A stretch of 64,000 nt of DNA from assembly GCA_004764695.1 (NCBI GenBank), contig SMSO01000034.1, positions 496,001 to 560,000 of the forward strand. Reading direction: 5' to 3'. Below are positions 23,811-34,600 of the stretch, piece by piece. The notes beneath the pieces are model-generated. The model made no database searches and was not told where the DNA came from. It was given only the letters and a program-made list of their open reading frames with translations. The position numbers and the translations under genes were made by a program. The stretch is from Schizochytrium sp. TIO01. Its lineage: Eukaryota > Protista > Bigyra: Labyrinthulomycetes. The first letter of the stretch is position 1; each line of letters begins with the position of its first letter.

Positions 23811-26800
23811 TTAGAAGATTGCAGTCATGTGAATACGACGCTTCTCAGCATCGACATCAATTACCTTCGCCATCAAGACGGTAGCAGGCTTCAAGACCTT
23901 GTCCGCCTCCTGCTCATCATCGTTAAAGATAGCATCCAAGAACTCAACATCCTTAGAGAGCTGGGTACTGTAAATGTAACCACGAACTCGGTTTGAAATG
24001 CTTACCAAAACACCATCTTCATTGATCTTGTTGACATAGCAGGGGTAGACCTCATCAGGTTTGACAGATTCAATAGAAATATCACTTGATCCATCAACAC
24101 CATCTTGTTCTGCAGCAAGAGAGAGGCTGACCTTCAGAACATCAGCTCCCTTAGAATCAGTCATGTTCTCGTATGACAAAACAACGGCTTCAACAAAATC
24201 CCCAACACTGTAGTCATGGAAAGCGCTTTGGCGAGCAGCAGCTGCATCCTGGATTGCAGAACGACCCAAAGCATTGGTCATGTGCACAGATCCCATAAGA
24301 CGCTTTCCAGAGTCGGAAGAATCTGATGGAACTTGCACATTCAGAAGGATAATGTTCATCCATTGACCGTTGATGTTGCTCACCTTGCCTTGAACCAGAG
24401 CACCCTTCTTCAAAGTCACCTTGGACCCACGAAGGCTACCTTCGTCGATACTTGAAGCGCGCGAGCGGCTGCGTGCCCGGCCGGAAACGGTCTCACAGAA
24501 TATACGACCAGCAGCAAGACCGGGGGCGTCATCCTGAACAGTCGAGGTAAGACGCACGCGGCAAGACGAGTCCATGAGGAGACCAGCAGGCAAGTCTGTC
24601 AGCCGTTTATGCAAGAAGCCACGAAGAGGTGCCTTAACAAGTTGAGCACCAACATCAGAGAGAGACAAAATCGCATACCGGCCGTTGTCCTGAATTAACT
24701 GAACAGTAGCGCTGAGAGAGTTACCTCCTTGGAATGACTTGACGAGCTTGGACTGGGCGCTCTTGGTATCACCCTTGGTGATAGGCTCAATGAGCTCCGA
24801 ACGCATAGAGACATCGTACCTGTCTTTTTCAAGATCAGCATCAAGCACACGGCAGTCAACCTTGTCACCGACTTGAATAGCCGATTTGCTAGAGACATGT
24901 TCGTTCATGGCAAATGCCTTCTCGCCAGAGGCAAATTTAAGGTCCACACCAAAACTGCTTACAGCAGAAACTGTAGCTTCGACAACTTCGCCAACTTTCT
25001 TAGCGGACACTGAACTGTTTGCGTGGACAATTGCTTTCTCAGAAGCACTTTCATTCAACGAAAGCATCAAAAGATCTGTGGGGTATTCCACGACAGATTC
25101 CTTCATCGAGAGAATAACGCGACCACGTTCCTCGTCAACGTTAACGACGGAACAGCACAAAGTCTGGCCAAGTTTCACATACTCATTAGCATCCTTGACA
25201 AAGTCATCAGCAACATTGGCCTTGGGTACAAATCCCACAAAAGAGCCAAGAAAGTTCACAAACACACCGATAGAAGTGATGTTTTGAACATAGCCAATAA
25301 GGAACATGCCAGGTTGCACAGCATCAATATTGGCAGGAAGCCACCCACGGCGGTGCGCAAGCAACAATGCAGGTTTTCTGGTGAGCACGGTCGCACCATC
25401 ACTCTCCCGCTTAAGAACCAAAAGATTTTCGAGGTTGTTGTTTGAGTGAAGACTCTTGAGAAGGAGCTTCTGGGTATCAGCATCAATAGAGTCAGTCAGC
25501 TGACTCATTGGCAGAGACGCAGTGACGTGCTGACGCTTCTTAGACTTCTTCGGGGTGGAAGATTCCTTGCTCTCGACAGCAACACGAACAAATGCCTCTG
25601 CCTTACTCAAGCTAGACACTTTGCCTGAAACAATCTCGCCAACCTTTAGAGATTCAGAATCTGCAGAGCTGTCAGCTAGGGTCCTGAACGAAAGCTTCAA
25701 GCACTTGCCCTTGTTGTTAAGAACCTTGACCTTGACAACCTTGCCAACCTGTAATATTATGTATAAACCGTATGAAGAATAAAACACGTCAGTTAACCAA
25801 ATCCAAAAAATACCACATAGTTGTGTTCAACCCCAATTTTCATGTGAGACATCTCTGATCGGGAGATGAATACCCCCTAATTAAATTTGGGTACCTCTTC
25901 TACGATCCACAAGTAAAAATATTCCAAATGGAAAGTCTCGTGTTTCGACTCTCAAGAGTTACCCGAAACCCTGTACACATGTGGGCTCAGTATTGATTTC
26001 AGAACGAGACCAAACTAAACCCGCGCACAGCGCCATGAATTTATTCTACCACATTCGTAACAGACCTGCGTCTTTGAGACTTAATGCACATCCTGACAGG
26101 ATAATGTGGAAACACATGATTTCGTACAGAAATCAACCAACCTTCACCCATGAGACATTCCTTTCTCTTTAAAACCATTACACTCATCATTGCCACATAA
26201 AGCACGGGTTGAAAACAACGCTATAATATTAAACGTACCGGGTAAGCCTCAGCCGGGTTTTGAACACCCAGAATTGCAAGATCATGCAAGGAAACGACAC
26301 CAAAGAGAGATCCAAAGAAGCTGACATAGATTCCACGAACAGGATCAACCTTTGTCACAAAGCCGTGCGCCACAGTACCTGGCTTTGCATCCTCCTGAGT
26401 TGAGAGAATAGGAAGGTCAGAGCCAACAAGGGTACGTTTAAGAGTGAGTACGACCTTAGGCTTTGTCATGTCATCAAAGTTAAGTGCAAGAACACGAGCT
26501 GAGACCGACTGACCAACCTTGAAGCGCTTGGTCGGGTCACTGATGAAGACTTCCGACAACTGAGCCGAGGGAACAATACCACGAACATTATCGCTGAGGG
26601 AGATGAGGACACCAAAGTCACCAACCTTGAAAATTTTACCGGTTACATGCATGCCCTCCTTGAGTTGCTCGTGGATGAGAATACTTGCCTCAATTACTGA
26701 AGTTGAGACACTAACGTTCATTACTCCATCAATAGCAGCATAAGAAAGGACCTTACACGGGGTCTTATCACCCACACGAAAACGCTGGTCGAGCTGCACA

Positions 26801-28077
26801 ATCTCCTTGCCGCTGGAAGTCTCCTCACGGTTGTAACGAGATTTCCATGCAAAAGCAAACTCCTCGTTTGGTGTCTCAAGAAGTACACCAGTGAAAGAAT
26901 CCACTTTTTTAACAACATTGTTCTTGATCACGTGGCCAAGACGCTCTTTGCAAATAAGGGCATCCTTCGTTTTGTTCTCAGGACCACGCGTGAGAATGTG
27001 TGGAGCACAGGAAAGTGCAATACGCTTTTCGTGGTAGTCAACGAAAAGAATGCGAGCATTCAGAAACATCTTGCGAGAGGCGACGGAGCCTACCTTTTCG
27101 CCATATTCAATTTCGGGGGACTTGCCGTGAAGAAAGTCAATTGTACCATAGAAGGAGTCCATGAAAAAGACGAACATGCCATCGCGAAGGTATGCACTAA
27201 TCTTGCATTTGACAGCCATGCCAGGTTGGAGCCCATCGAACTCGATGCCATGGTGAATTTGATTTTTTTTAGCAGTAAGCTGCTCGTCGGAGCTCACGGC
27301 AAGCTGGAGCACAACACGGCCCTTACCAGAAGCAACGCTCTTGATTTTAAGTTTGATAATCTGGCCAACTTTGAGGCTAGGCTCGTCAATAGAGTCATTG
27401 GCATCAGCAAAACGAAGAAATCCGCTCGCAACCTTACTACTGCCAACATCAATTTGATAACCATGGTCCTCAATGCTTTGAACAGAGCATTGGACAAACA
27501 TTCCAGAAGTCAAGCTCTGAAGAGCCAGCTTGTTGTTGACAATAGATGAGGCCGTAGAGACCACGATCGTGTTTGCTTTGCCATCGTTCTCTGCAATGTC
27601 AATCACACCACAGGTGACGAGGTCACCTACAGACAGAAGGCCTTGGGTGAAGTCCATGACGACACCTTCGTCGCTGTTGGCATGCTGATCGGAGAAATTT
27701 GAAATGTGGAGAACTCCGGTCAGGTTGCTTGGCAAAGAAAGAGTGGCAATAGTTTCAGTTACTTCAATGACGATAGCGAGCATAAGTGTACCAGTGCGCA
27801 GACCCTTCAGAGTCAGACGGTGGGAACTCTTGGGTCGCTCCATGGTGGTATCGTCAACCATTTCTGAGTCATCTTCACGGCGTACTTTTGCAAGGCGCCT
27901 AAAAACTGGGTCGCTCTCGAGGAGTGCTTTGTCGGTGGCAGGGCGTTTTTTCTGTTTCCGAGGCTTTGTTTCGGCCCGGGCAACCTTGAAAAGGGAAGTG
28001 TCATCGCTCTTTGACTTCTTCTCCTGCACCTTCTTGGCTGCAGGAGTCAATTTGAGCGAGCCTCCACGAGGAAACAT
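23811..28077 (-). CDS. RRP5: rRNA biogenesis protein RRP5/PDCD11, S1-repeat region only; 2 exons (28077-26239, 25748-23811), 1258 aa
   Basis: N-terminal FPRGG and SIEDHGY signatures; about 12 tandem S1-like repeats. Phase-0 intron GTACGT...CTGAC...TACAG joins AYP|VGKVVKVKV within one S1 domain. No TPR/HAT region before the stop. Confidence 0.9.
25979..26198 (-). ncRNA. Candidate intronic box C/D snoRNA (~220 nt), U13/snR45-like
   Basis: Same strand as the host gene. Box C ATGATGA (26190-26184), box D CTGA (25990-25987), terminal stem ATGTGGC/GCCCACAT in K-turn register, and three segments complementary to the conserved 18S 3' end. Confidence 0.45.
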
Positions 28078-28896
28078 ATTGCTGTGAAGAGTTTATTTGC
28101 TTTAGTGGTCTTCGAGATCGATGATCCCAAGAATGCCGATGTCGCGAGTCACAAACGTACTCTACGACAGGCGAGCCTTCGGGCGGAAAAACGATGCCCG
28201 AACACTCTTACCGTCGGCGTGCTCGAGCTCGTTAAGCTTCGAGAGGACCTCCGCCCAAGTCGGAGATCACGAACTGCTCTTCAAGATCGATTTTTAGATT
28301 GGGTGGCTGCCGGGCTCGCGCCGCCATCCATCCGGCTGCACCAAAATGGGTTGTTCACATCTCCGTGCGATTTGCGCACTCAACGGCTAGTTCGCAATTG
28401 GGTGGACTTGGAGACCACAGGCAACACCGACTGCTATGTTAAGAGTAGTGAGGCTTAGGAGAATCAAATGAGCGAAGTTATGGAATGAAGGTGAATGAGC
28501 GTGTGCGAGGCCTTGACATAGTATGGATTTCAAGATGGAATCGGGTTTTGGAGAACGTTAGGAGCTTAATGCGAATGTGTTGGATGAGTAATTTGAGAAT
28601 TGGAGGAGACTTTGGCGGCAATTTGTTTGGCTGCGAATGCGCTGAAGAGACTGCTGGATTTGGGTGGAAGCGTTGATTGGTTGGCTGTGAAGAAGGAGGC
28701 CTGGCTTCCTCCACTTGCTGTTGCTGTGTGGTGTGCTTGAGTTACTCGAACGAGGGGCGAATTTTTGCCTCGGGCAACTCTTGCTGCCTTTTTGCTTGCG
28801 CTGTGCTCAGGTTATTTTCTCGTAAGACTGATCTATCGAATACACAGTTGCGCATACGCAAAGGGCAGGGAGCTAGAACAAGAGAAGACAGAGTAC

Positions 28897-28947
28897 AAGA
28901 AGAAGGAGGAGGAGGAGGAGAAGAAGAAGAAGAAGAAGAAGAAGAAG

Positions 28948-28977
<30 letters not shown>
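28897..28977. repeat. Homopurine (GGA)n(GAA)n microsatellite
   Basis: Visible directly; lies between the divergent RRP5 and 29103 genes and produces poly-E/K/F artefact ORFs. Confidence 0.95.
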
Positions 28978-28978
<1 letters not shown>

Positions 28979-29102
28979 GAAATTCTTCTAGTTTTTTGAG
29001 GATTGTTTGATTCGCTATTGTTTTCTCATAAGTTGCTCCTGCTGGTTTTTTATCTAAGTAGCAATACACTGAAAAGTAACACAGGTTGAGAAGACGAATC
29101 GG

Positions 29103-30668
29103 ATGCAGGTAGAAAAACTCGCGCGCCAAGTGCGCAAAAAGAGTAGCAGAGCACTTGACAAGCTAAAAAAGGCCTATGATGGTAGACTAAACGATAATGG
29201 TGGCTTCACATCAGAGGAAGAGAATTCTTCAGATGAGGAGGAACTAGATGAATTAAGCAAAACAACCTCGAATCCTTCAAGATGGAGAAAAGTTGAACCA
29301 ATGAAGCACAACGAAGGTGGAGCATCCAGTGATGGGGAACTTGATGTTGAAATTGAAGACGCAGATGGCGATGATGCGGATGACGAAGAAGATGTAGCAG
29401 GTAAAACGAGAAAGGTAAATGATGACCATCAAATTAAAGGTGAACGATGGACCCTTCGGAAATCCAAGAAGAAAAAGGAGAACTCAGATCAAGACGGTAT
29501 GGGCTACGAAGAAGGCGCAAAGATGCGCCTTCACGAGAAAATGGAATTCGAGAAATGGGTTAGAGAGGTTTTATATGCAAAAAAAATTAAACAAAAGCCG
29601 ATGCAGGTTGTCAAGAGCCGCCTTATGAATGGTGTTACCATAACCTTGACTACTAGTTGTATATTTTTTCTCATCGCTTTTCGTGCGGATTACAATTATG
29701 TAATGTCTTCACCAATGCGATCCGCAATGGCCGGTGCACATGTGACAAACTTATTATATGGAAAGGCATCGGTGGGTCTTATAGCAGGTTGCTGGGGACT
29801 TCGAGCGTGGTTTACACGCAACTTACTCCGTGAGAGCGTTCTTCGTTTCTATTTCATCTTACGAGCTATCGAGTGGGTGTTAACACTATGGTTGTTATTT
29901 GCACTTTGGGTTGACTTTGGTGCCCTTCCGTATCAAAGTGGGCATGGTATGGAGGCAGGCGAAAAGTCTATTTATTTTTTTGGTTGCTTCTTATGTATTT
30001 TCGGACTTGTCTATACCATCCTCGATTTCCGTAAATTGCGTAGAGATTGGAATGCTTATCAAGATCGTGCGATGCGTGCATATCTAGATGCAAAAGCTGC
30101 GGCTAAGAAACAAAAGAGGCCAGCACAAGGCTTTGATCCCACTCAACTTTACACATTTTCCACCTCAGAGGTTGTGCCGCGGACCTCTCAATACGCAGCC
30201 GGTACCAAAGCACCCAATACTGCTTTAGCACAAGACACAACTGTCCATGGAGAGCAAGACATTGACCTTACAATCTCTGATGGCTTTCTTGACAGATTTG
30301 CAGTCATGTCTGTAGAAGAATTCGTGTTACGATGGGACTCCATGGTGGAATCTGGATCGTTTGAGCGCGAAATCAACTATGTTCCCTCTGTCCAAGAAAT
30401 GGACGTGCACCTCACTCAGCGTGGCTTTCATATGGTATACTCCGATGAGCAAGACTTTGAAACAGGACCAGGTGTGCGCATGTTTGCATTTGCTCAGAGT
30501 CAAGGTGCTGTATTTCTCATTGAGTTCATTTTCAACCCTGCACATCACCTAGTACAGGCTACATTTCGCAGTCAGGACAGCAACAAAACTGCAGCTTTTG
30601 TGTCGCGCCTTGAGCTGCAGCGAATTCTAATCTCTAATGAAGAATTTGACGAAGCCTTTTTCGTCTGA
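29103..30668 (+). CDS. Uncharacterised ~4-TM protein with C-terminal beta-adaptin appendage (platform)-like domain, 521 aa
   Basis: Charged low-complexity N-terminus; about four hydrophobic segments; C-terminus MSVEEFVLRWDSM...RMFAFAQ..GAVFLIEF...VQATFRSQD resembles the B2-adapt-app_C pattern (recognised by eye). Confidence 0.7.
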   Translation: MQVEKLARQVRKKSSRALDKLKKAYDGRLNDNGGFTSEEENSSDEEELDELSKTTSNPSRWRKVEPMKHNEGGASSDGELDVEIEDADGDDADDEEDVAGKTRKVNDDHQIKGERWTLRKSKKKKENSDQDGMGYEEGAKMRLHEKMEFEKWVREVLYAKKIKQKPMQVVKSRLMNGVTITLTTSCIFFLIAFRADYNYVMSSPMRSAMAGAHVTNLLYGKASVGLIAGCWGLRAWFTRNLLRESVLRFYFILRAIEWVLTLWLLFALWVDFGALPYQSGHGMEAGEKSIYFFGCFLCIFGLVYTILDFRKLRRDWNAYQDRAMRAYLDAKAAAKKQKRPAQGFDPTQLYTFSTSEVVPRTSQYAAGTKAPNTALAQDTTVHGEQDIDLTISDGFLDRFAVMSVEEFVLRWDSMVESGSFEREINYVPSVQEMDVHLTQRGFHMVYSDEQDFETGPGVRMFAFAQSQGAVFLIEFIFNPAHHLVQATFRSQDSNKTAAFVSRLELQRILISNEEFDEAFFV

Positions 30669-31690
30669 TATCCTGCCCTGTTGATTCTTCCTTTGTAAAA
30701 AATAACAAAATGTACGATTGGAGTTTAAGGAATTCGTCCTACTACTCCCTTGTCTCTACCTATTGAAATTGGAGACACAACCTAGCCATTATGATCTACT
30801 TCATCCCTCTTTATTCTTGAAATGGTTTTCGGTATATTCACACGAAAATATGCATCATCCCAAAAATGATTACCATTCGCTCCAATGCTTAAACAGCTGC
30901 CTCATCCTTTCTAGTCAAGATAGTAAGATATTATTGAGTACACTTCGTCATCTGAGATCAGTCAGAAATTTGTACAGCATCATTTGATCAGCGCGTTGCT
31001 AACCGTACTCACCACTTCACTAGACGCTTCTTCACTAGATGTAACATAGATTTTTCTCGAAAGTTCTGGTGAAGTTTATGATAGTGTGCCCATATATTAT
31101 ACATATTAGGTAGTTTCCATATGCGAACTATTGCGCCCTCCCGTGGCTGCACTGACTGCAACTTTTGTTCATGACCTTGGAGAATCATCCAAGACCACGA
31201 TAGATGAAGAAGTACTTCCACTTACAAAGTGCAGCACCTGCTTCAATGCACGTAAGTTCCAATGACACTCTCCAATGTTGAGTTGAAGACCGAGAGTTTT
31301 AGAACTCGCAAAAGGTGCCTGAAACTGAATACATGATTCTCACCTCATAGGCCATCTACAAACCAACCTTTCCTGCAAGATCTCTAAAATGTGTTGTTTA
31401 ATAAACAAAATAAGGTACGTAGGTACTTTACATATCAAAACCATCCGAAAATCCGAGAGCGTGCTTCAACTTGATATATTTCTATTACAAGCCCACCCCA
31501 GAATATTAAGGGAATAAAATTCATAATGCGCTTTGTCTGTTGATAAATTGCGGCATATAATTAATGTGTATTAATACACGTAATTCGTCTATGGTCATCG
31601 AGCACGATTTCGATCAATGGTCACCAAGATTGAGCGCGAAGTGTAACAAAAGTCGAATTCTAAGCCGTTGATCGCCGAGACGTGGCTACG

Positions 31691-34600
31691 ATGAGCGCGG
31701 AGGGAGTCCCCGCCGGTGGCGGCGCTCCCACGGCACATGTCTCCGAGGAGGACGAGAGTGCTTCTCTTGAGCACATGATTGAGTCCTGTGTGCAAACCCT
31801 CAAGAACCTGGGTCCTCATGACCTGGCCTCGAGGCTCGCCGTGAACGACGCAAACGTGCAGGCTGCAATCGGCAAGATTGATAAGATCGCCGATGCCTTG
31901 GAGCGTTTAGACGCTGAGTTCCTTGAGGAGAAGGGACACTCGCCCTTGACCGACCGCGAGGAGTTCCCGATTGGGCAGGCGATTCGCGTTCTCATTGATC
32001 ATGACGAATGGACCTCTATCTTGACCTCATGTCTCTCATGGGAAAGCTCAAGTTTGAGGCCAAACCTTGGCGTCAAACTCGCCGCCATGCGCCTTCTGGT
32101 GGCATTTTACCACGCAACCACGGATGACGGCTACTACTATGAAGTCTTCCTGCTCGAGAGCATCATCTCGTACCAAGAGCTACTAGCTTACGCGTACGGG
32201 GACGCTTTTATCTCCACGGTTGCAGGGCCTTCTTCGAGCAGCTCGAGCGCTGCTAATTCCTCCTTGACTCCTACAGTGAGAAGGCGCCGACGAGCGTCAC
32301 TGCGACCATCAGCTCGTGTGGACGACGAAATGGCAAAGCAGGTGCTGAGATGGTGGAAGGAACGACCTTCTGAGGCTCGCCTGTTGCGATCTCGGGCCAC
32401 TGCACTGCTAGCAGCACATGTAAACGTGGAACGTGTTCCAGCTGAGTATATTGCGGATTACATTGTTGAAACACACGCAGACCGCGGTATGTCGGTAAGC
32501 TTTCCCCGTGTGCTGCTCAAGAGGCTTCGCACGGAACTTATTGATGCCTATGAACATGGCACTCGTAAGCTTCGAGGACACCGCGTGTCGGAGCGCAGCT
32601 GTGCAGAGATTCGCAAATTTAGCGCGCAAAATTCAGAAATTCTGAATGCATGTCGTCTATACGCACATCTTGCCGAAATTAATGCCTCAGTCATCCGACC
32701 AGTACTGCAGGAGAATGGTGTCGACATGCTGCTTAGATTACTCAAGATTGACTGCGAGGATGCGGCTTTGCGGTGGGGGGTAATCGAATTGTTGACTGTT
32801 TTGGTGAAGTTCCGTAAATTTGCGAATGAATTAGTTGATGTTGGTGGGGTTTCAGTCCTCTTTCGACTTGCACAGGAAACTTCCCTGCCGGAGTTCCTTT
32901 TTCCCATGACTACAGACTGCTTCGCGGGCCTTGCCGAAACGTCAATTGGCAAAATTTGCCAAACCCAGAAGCCTCTCATTGAGGATCTCAACACCTTTAT
33001 GCTGCAACAAATCAATAGCACTCAAGATGGCGTTAACGACTCTGCCTTGGGTTACTTCCGTGAGGCGCTGAAATGTCCTGCTAATTTGCGCATTTTTGAC
33101 CGTTTGCAGGGCCTCTACAAGGTACTGGATGCCATATCTGCTGTCTTCGAAAGTGAGGAATTTTTTAAAGAACATGAGGAAACTCTCACTAGTGCAATTG
33201 GAGTTCTTGAGTCATACTTCAGAGTTCATGTTGCCATTGCTGCCCACCTCGCCCGTTTTGAGCAGCAGCAGAACCAACAGCAACAGCAGCCATCACAGCA
33301 GACTCAACATGTTCGGCCACGAAGTAACAGTATTGATTCACGAAGTAGCTTTGGGAGTGCCACGAGTGGCGGTTTCCATCGCGCGCGCAATCTTCCGGAG
33401 GACAAACCTGTGGAAATCGATGATGTTGCTCACGGCAATGATATGACATTTCTTCAAACAAACTTTGATGCTGTCCTTCGTTTGCTCTCTCGATCCACCT
33501 GGGCGCCCGTGGAGACTTTACTTCACTATGTTCTTCCAAACAGGTCTACAAATACTCAGGAGCAACAGTCCACCGAGGAGCATAATGAGGGCCATTCGCA
33601 GGAGCAATTAAAGGTGATTAATAAGCCAACACTCGCTGAGCAATCCCAGCATCAGCTTCACCCGCAGGCAACACACGAAGAATCATCGGCAACCTCGCAG
33701 CCAAGCTCGGCTCATGGCGCTACGGTATCTCAAGCAAACCGAAAGGATGGTTTGCTGCTCCTACTCGATGTAGTGCGAAATGGGTACCTTGCTCCTGCTG
33801 TAAAGGCTTTACAAATTCTTCGCATTGTGACCTTGGTCCCAAGCACATACAAGATGGTTTGTGAAGCAAGTTTACCTAGCCAAATGCCAATCGCTGCTGT
33901 TATTAATAACGATGGTCACGCCGATGGAGAGGAGGAGAATATTTTAGGAATTTCGGTGCTTTTAGACGCCATGGGCACTCTGGAGGATCGTGAAGCTGAA
34001 CTGATTGTTGCTGGACTTGAAGTTCTCTGTAATTGCTGTACACCAACCTACGGTGATGATCGTGCACAAAAGCCAGTGAGGCGGCTAGCGCGTGATAACA
34101 ATGCGCTCATGGCGTTGTTGTCCTTGCTCAGGTACGATGAAACACCAAAATATGCTGATCAGATTCGCTATTTGGCGTGTTTAGTTCTTCAGGGCCTTGC
34201 CAAGGATCATCATGTTGCGCAAGTCTTGGAAACTCTTAACCTGACGCAAGCTCTGACCAAAATCGCACGTACGGAACCCGTCTTAGTAGAGAACAAGAGA
34301 ATCCATAAGCGATTGAAACGCGAAGCACTTAAACTTATCGAACACATCTCAGGTACTGACATTGGAGATGTAGCAGATGCCACCAATAAACGACTACTGC
34401 GAAACTCTATTGTAGAGCGAACGCAGATTTCATTCAACTCACGAGAACTTTTGGGTCTTATCGAAGGTCATTTACGCGAGAATGGCTTCAGCCATGCAGC
34501 CGATGTCCTCGGTACAGAAGTCAAGACACGGTATGGCGAAGGTCAACACTCCAAGGGTGCGTCAACTCGGTTCCTGTGGCCTACAAAATACTTGACTGGA

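Noticed and set aside
25925-26025. Plus-strand GGAAAGTCTC..GGGCTCA (RNase P/MRP-like) and CTAAACCC (telomerase template-like)
   Set aside because: Spacing far too short for RNase P/MRP; an 8-mer template match without supporting structure is expected by chance.
26071-26080. 10-nt match GTCTCAAAGA to the 18S 5' region
   Set aside because: Sense orientation relative to the intron; one or two 10-mer matches between 490 nt and an 18S are expected by chance.
28677-29129. Poly-E, poly-K and poly-F ORFs
   Set aside because: Three readings of the same (GAA)n tract.
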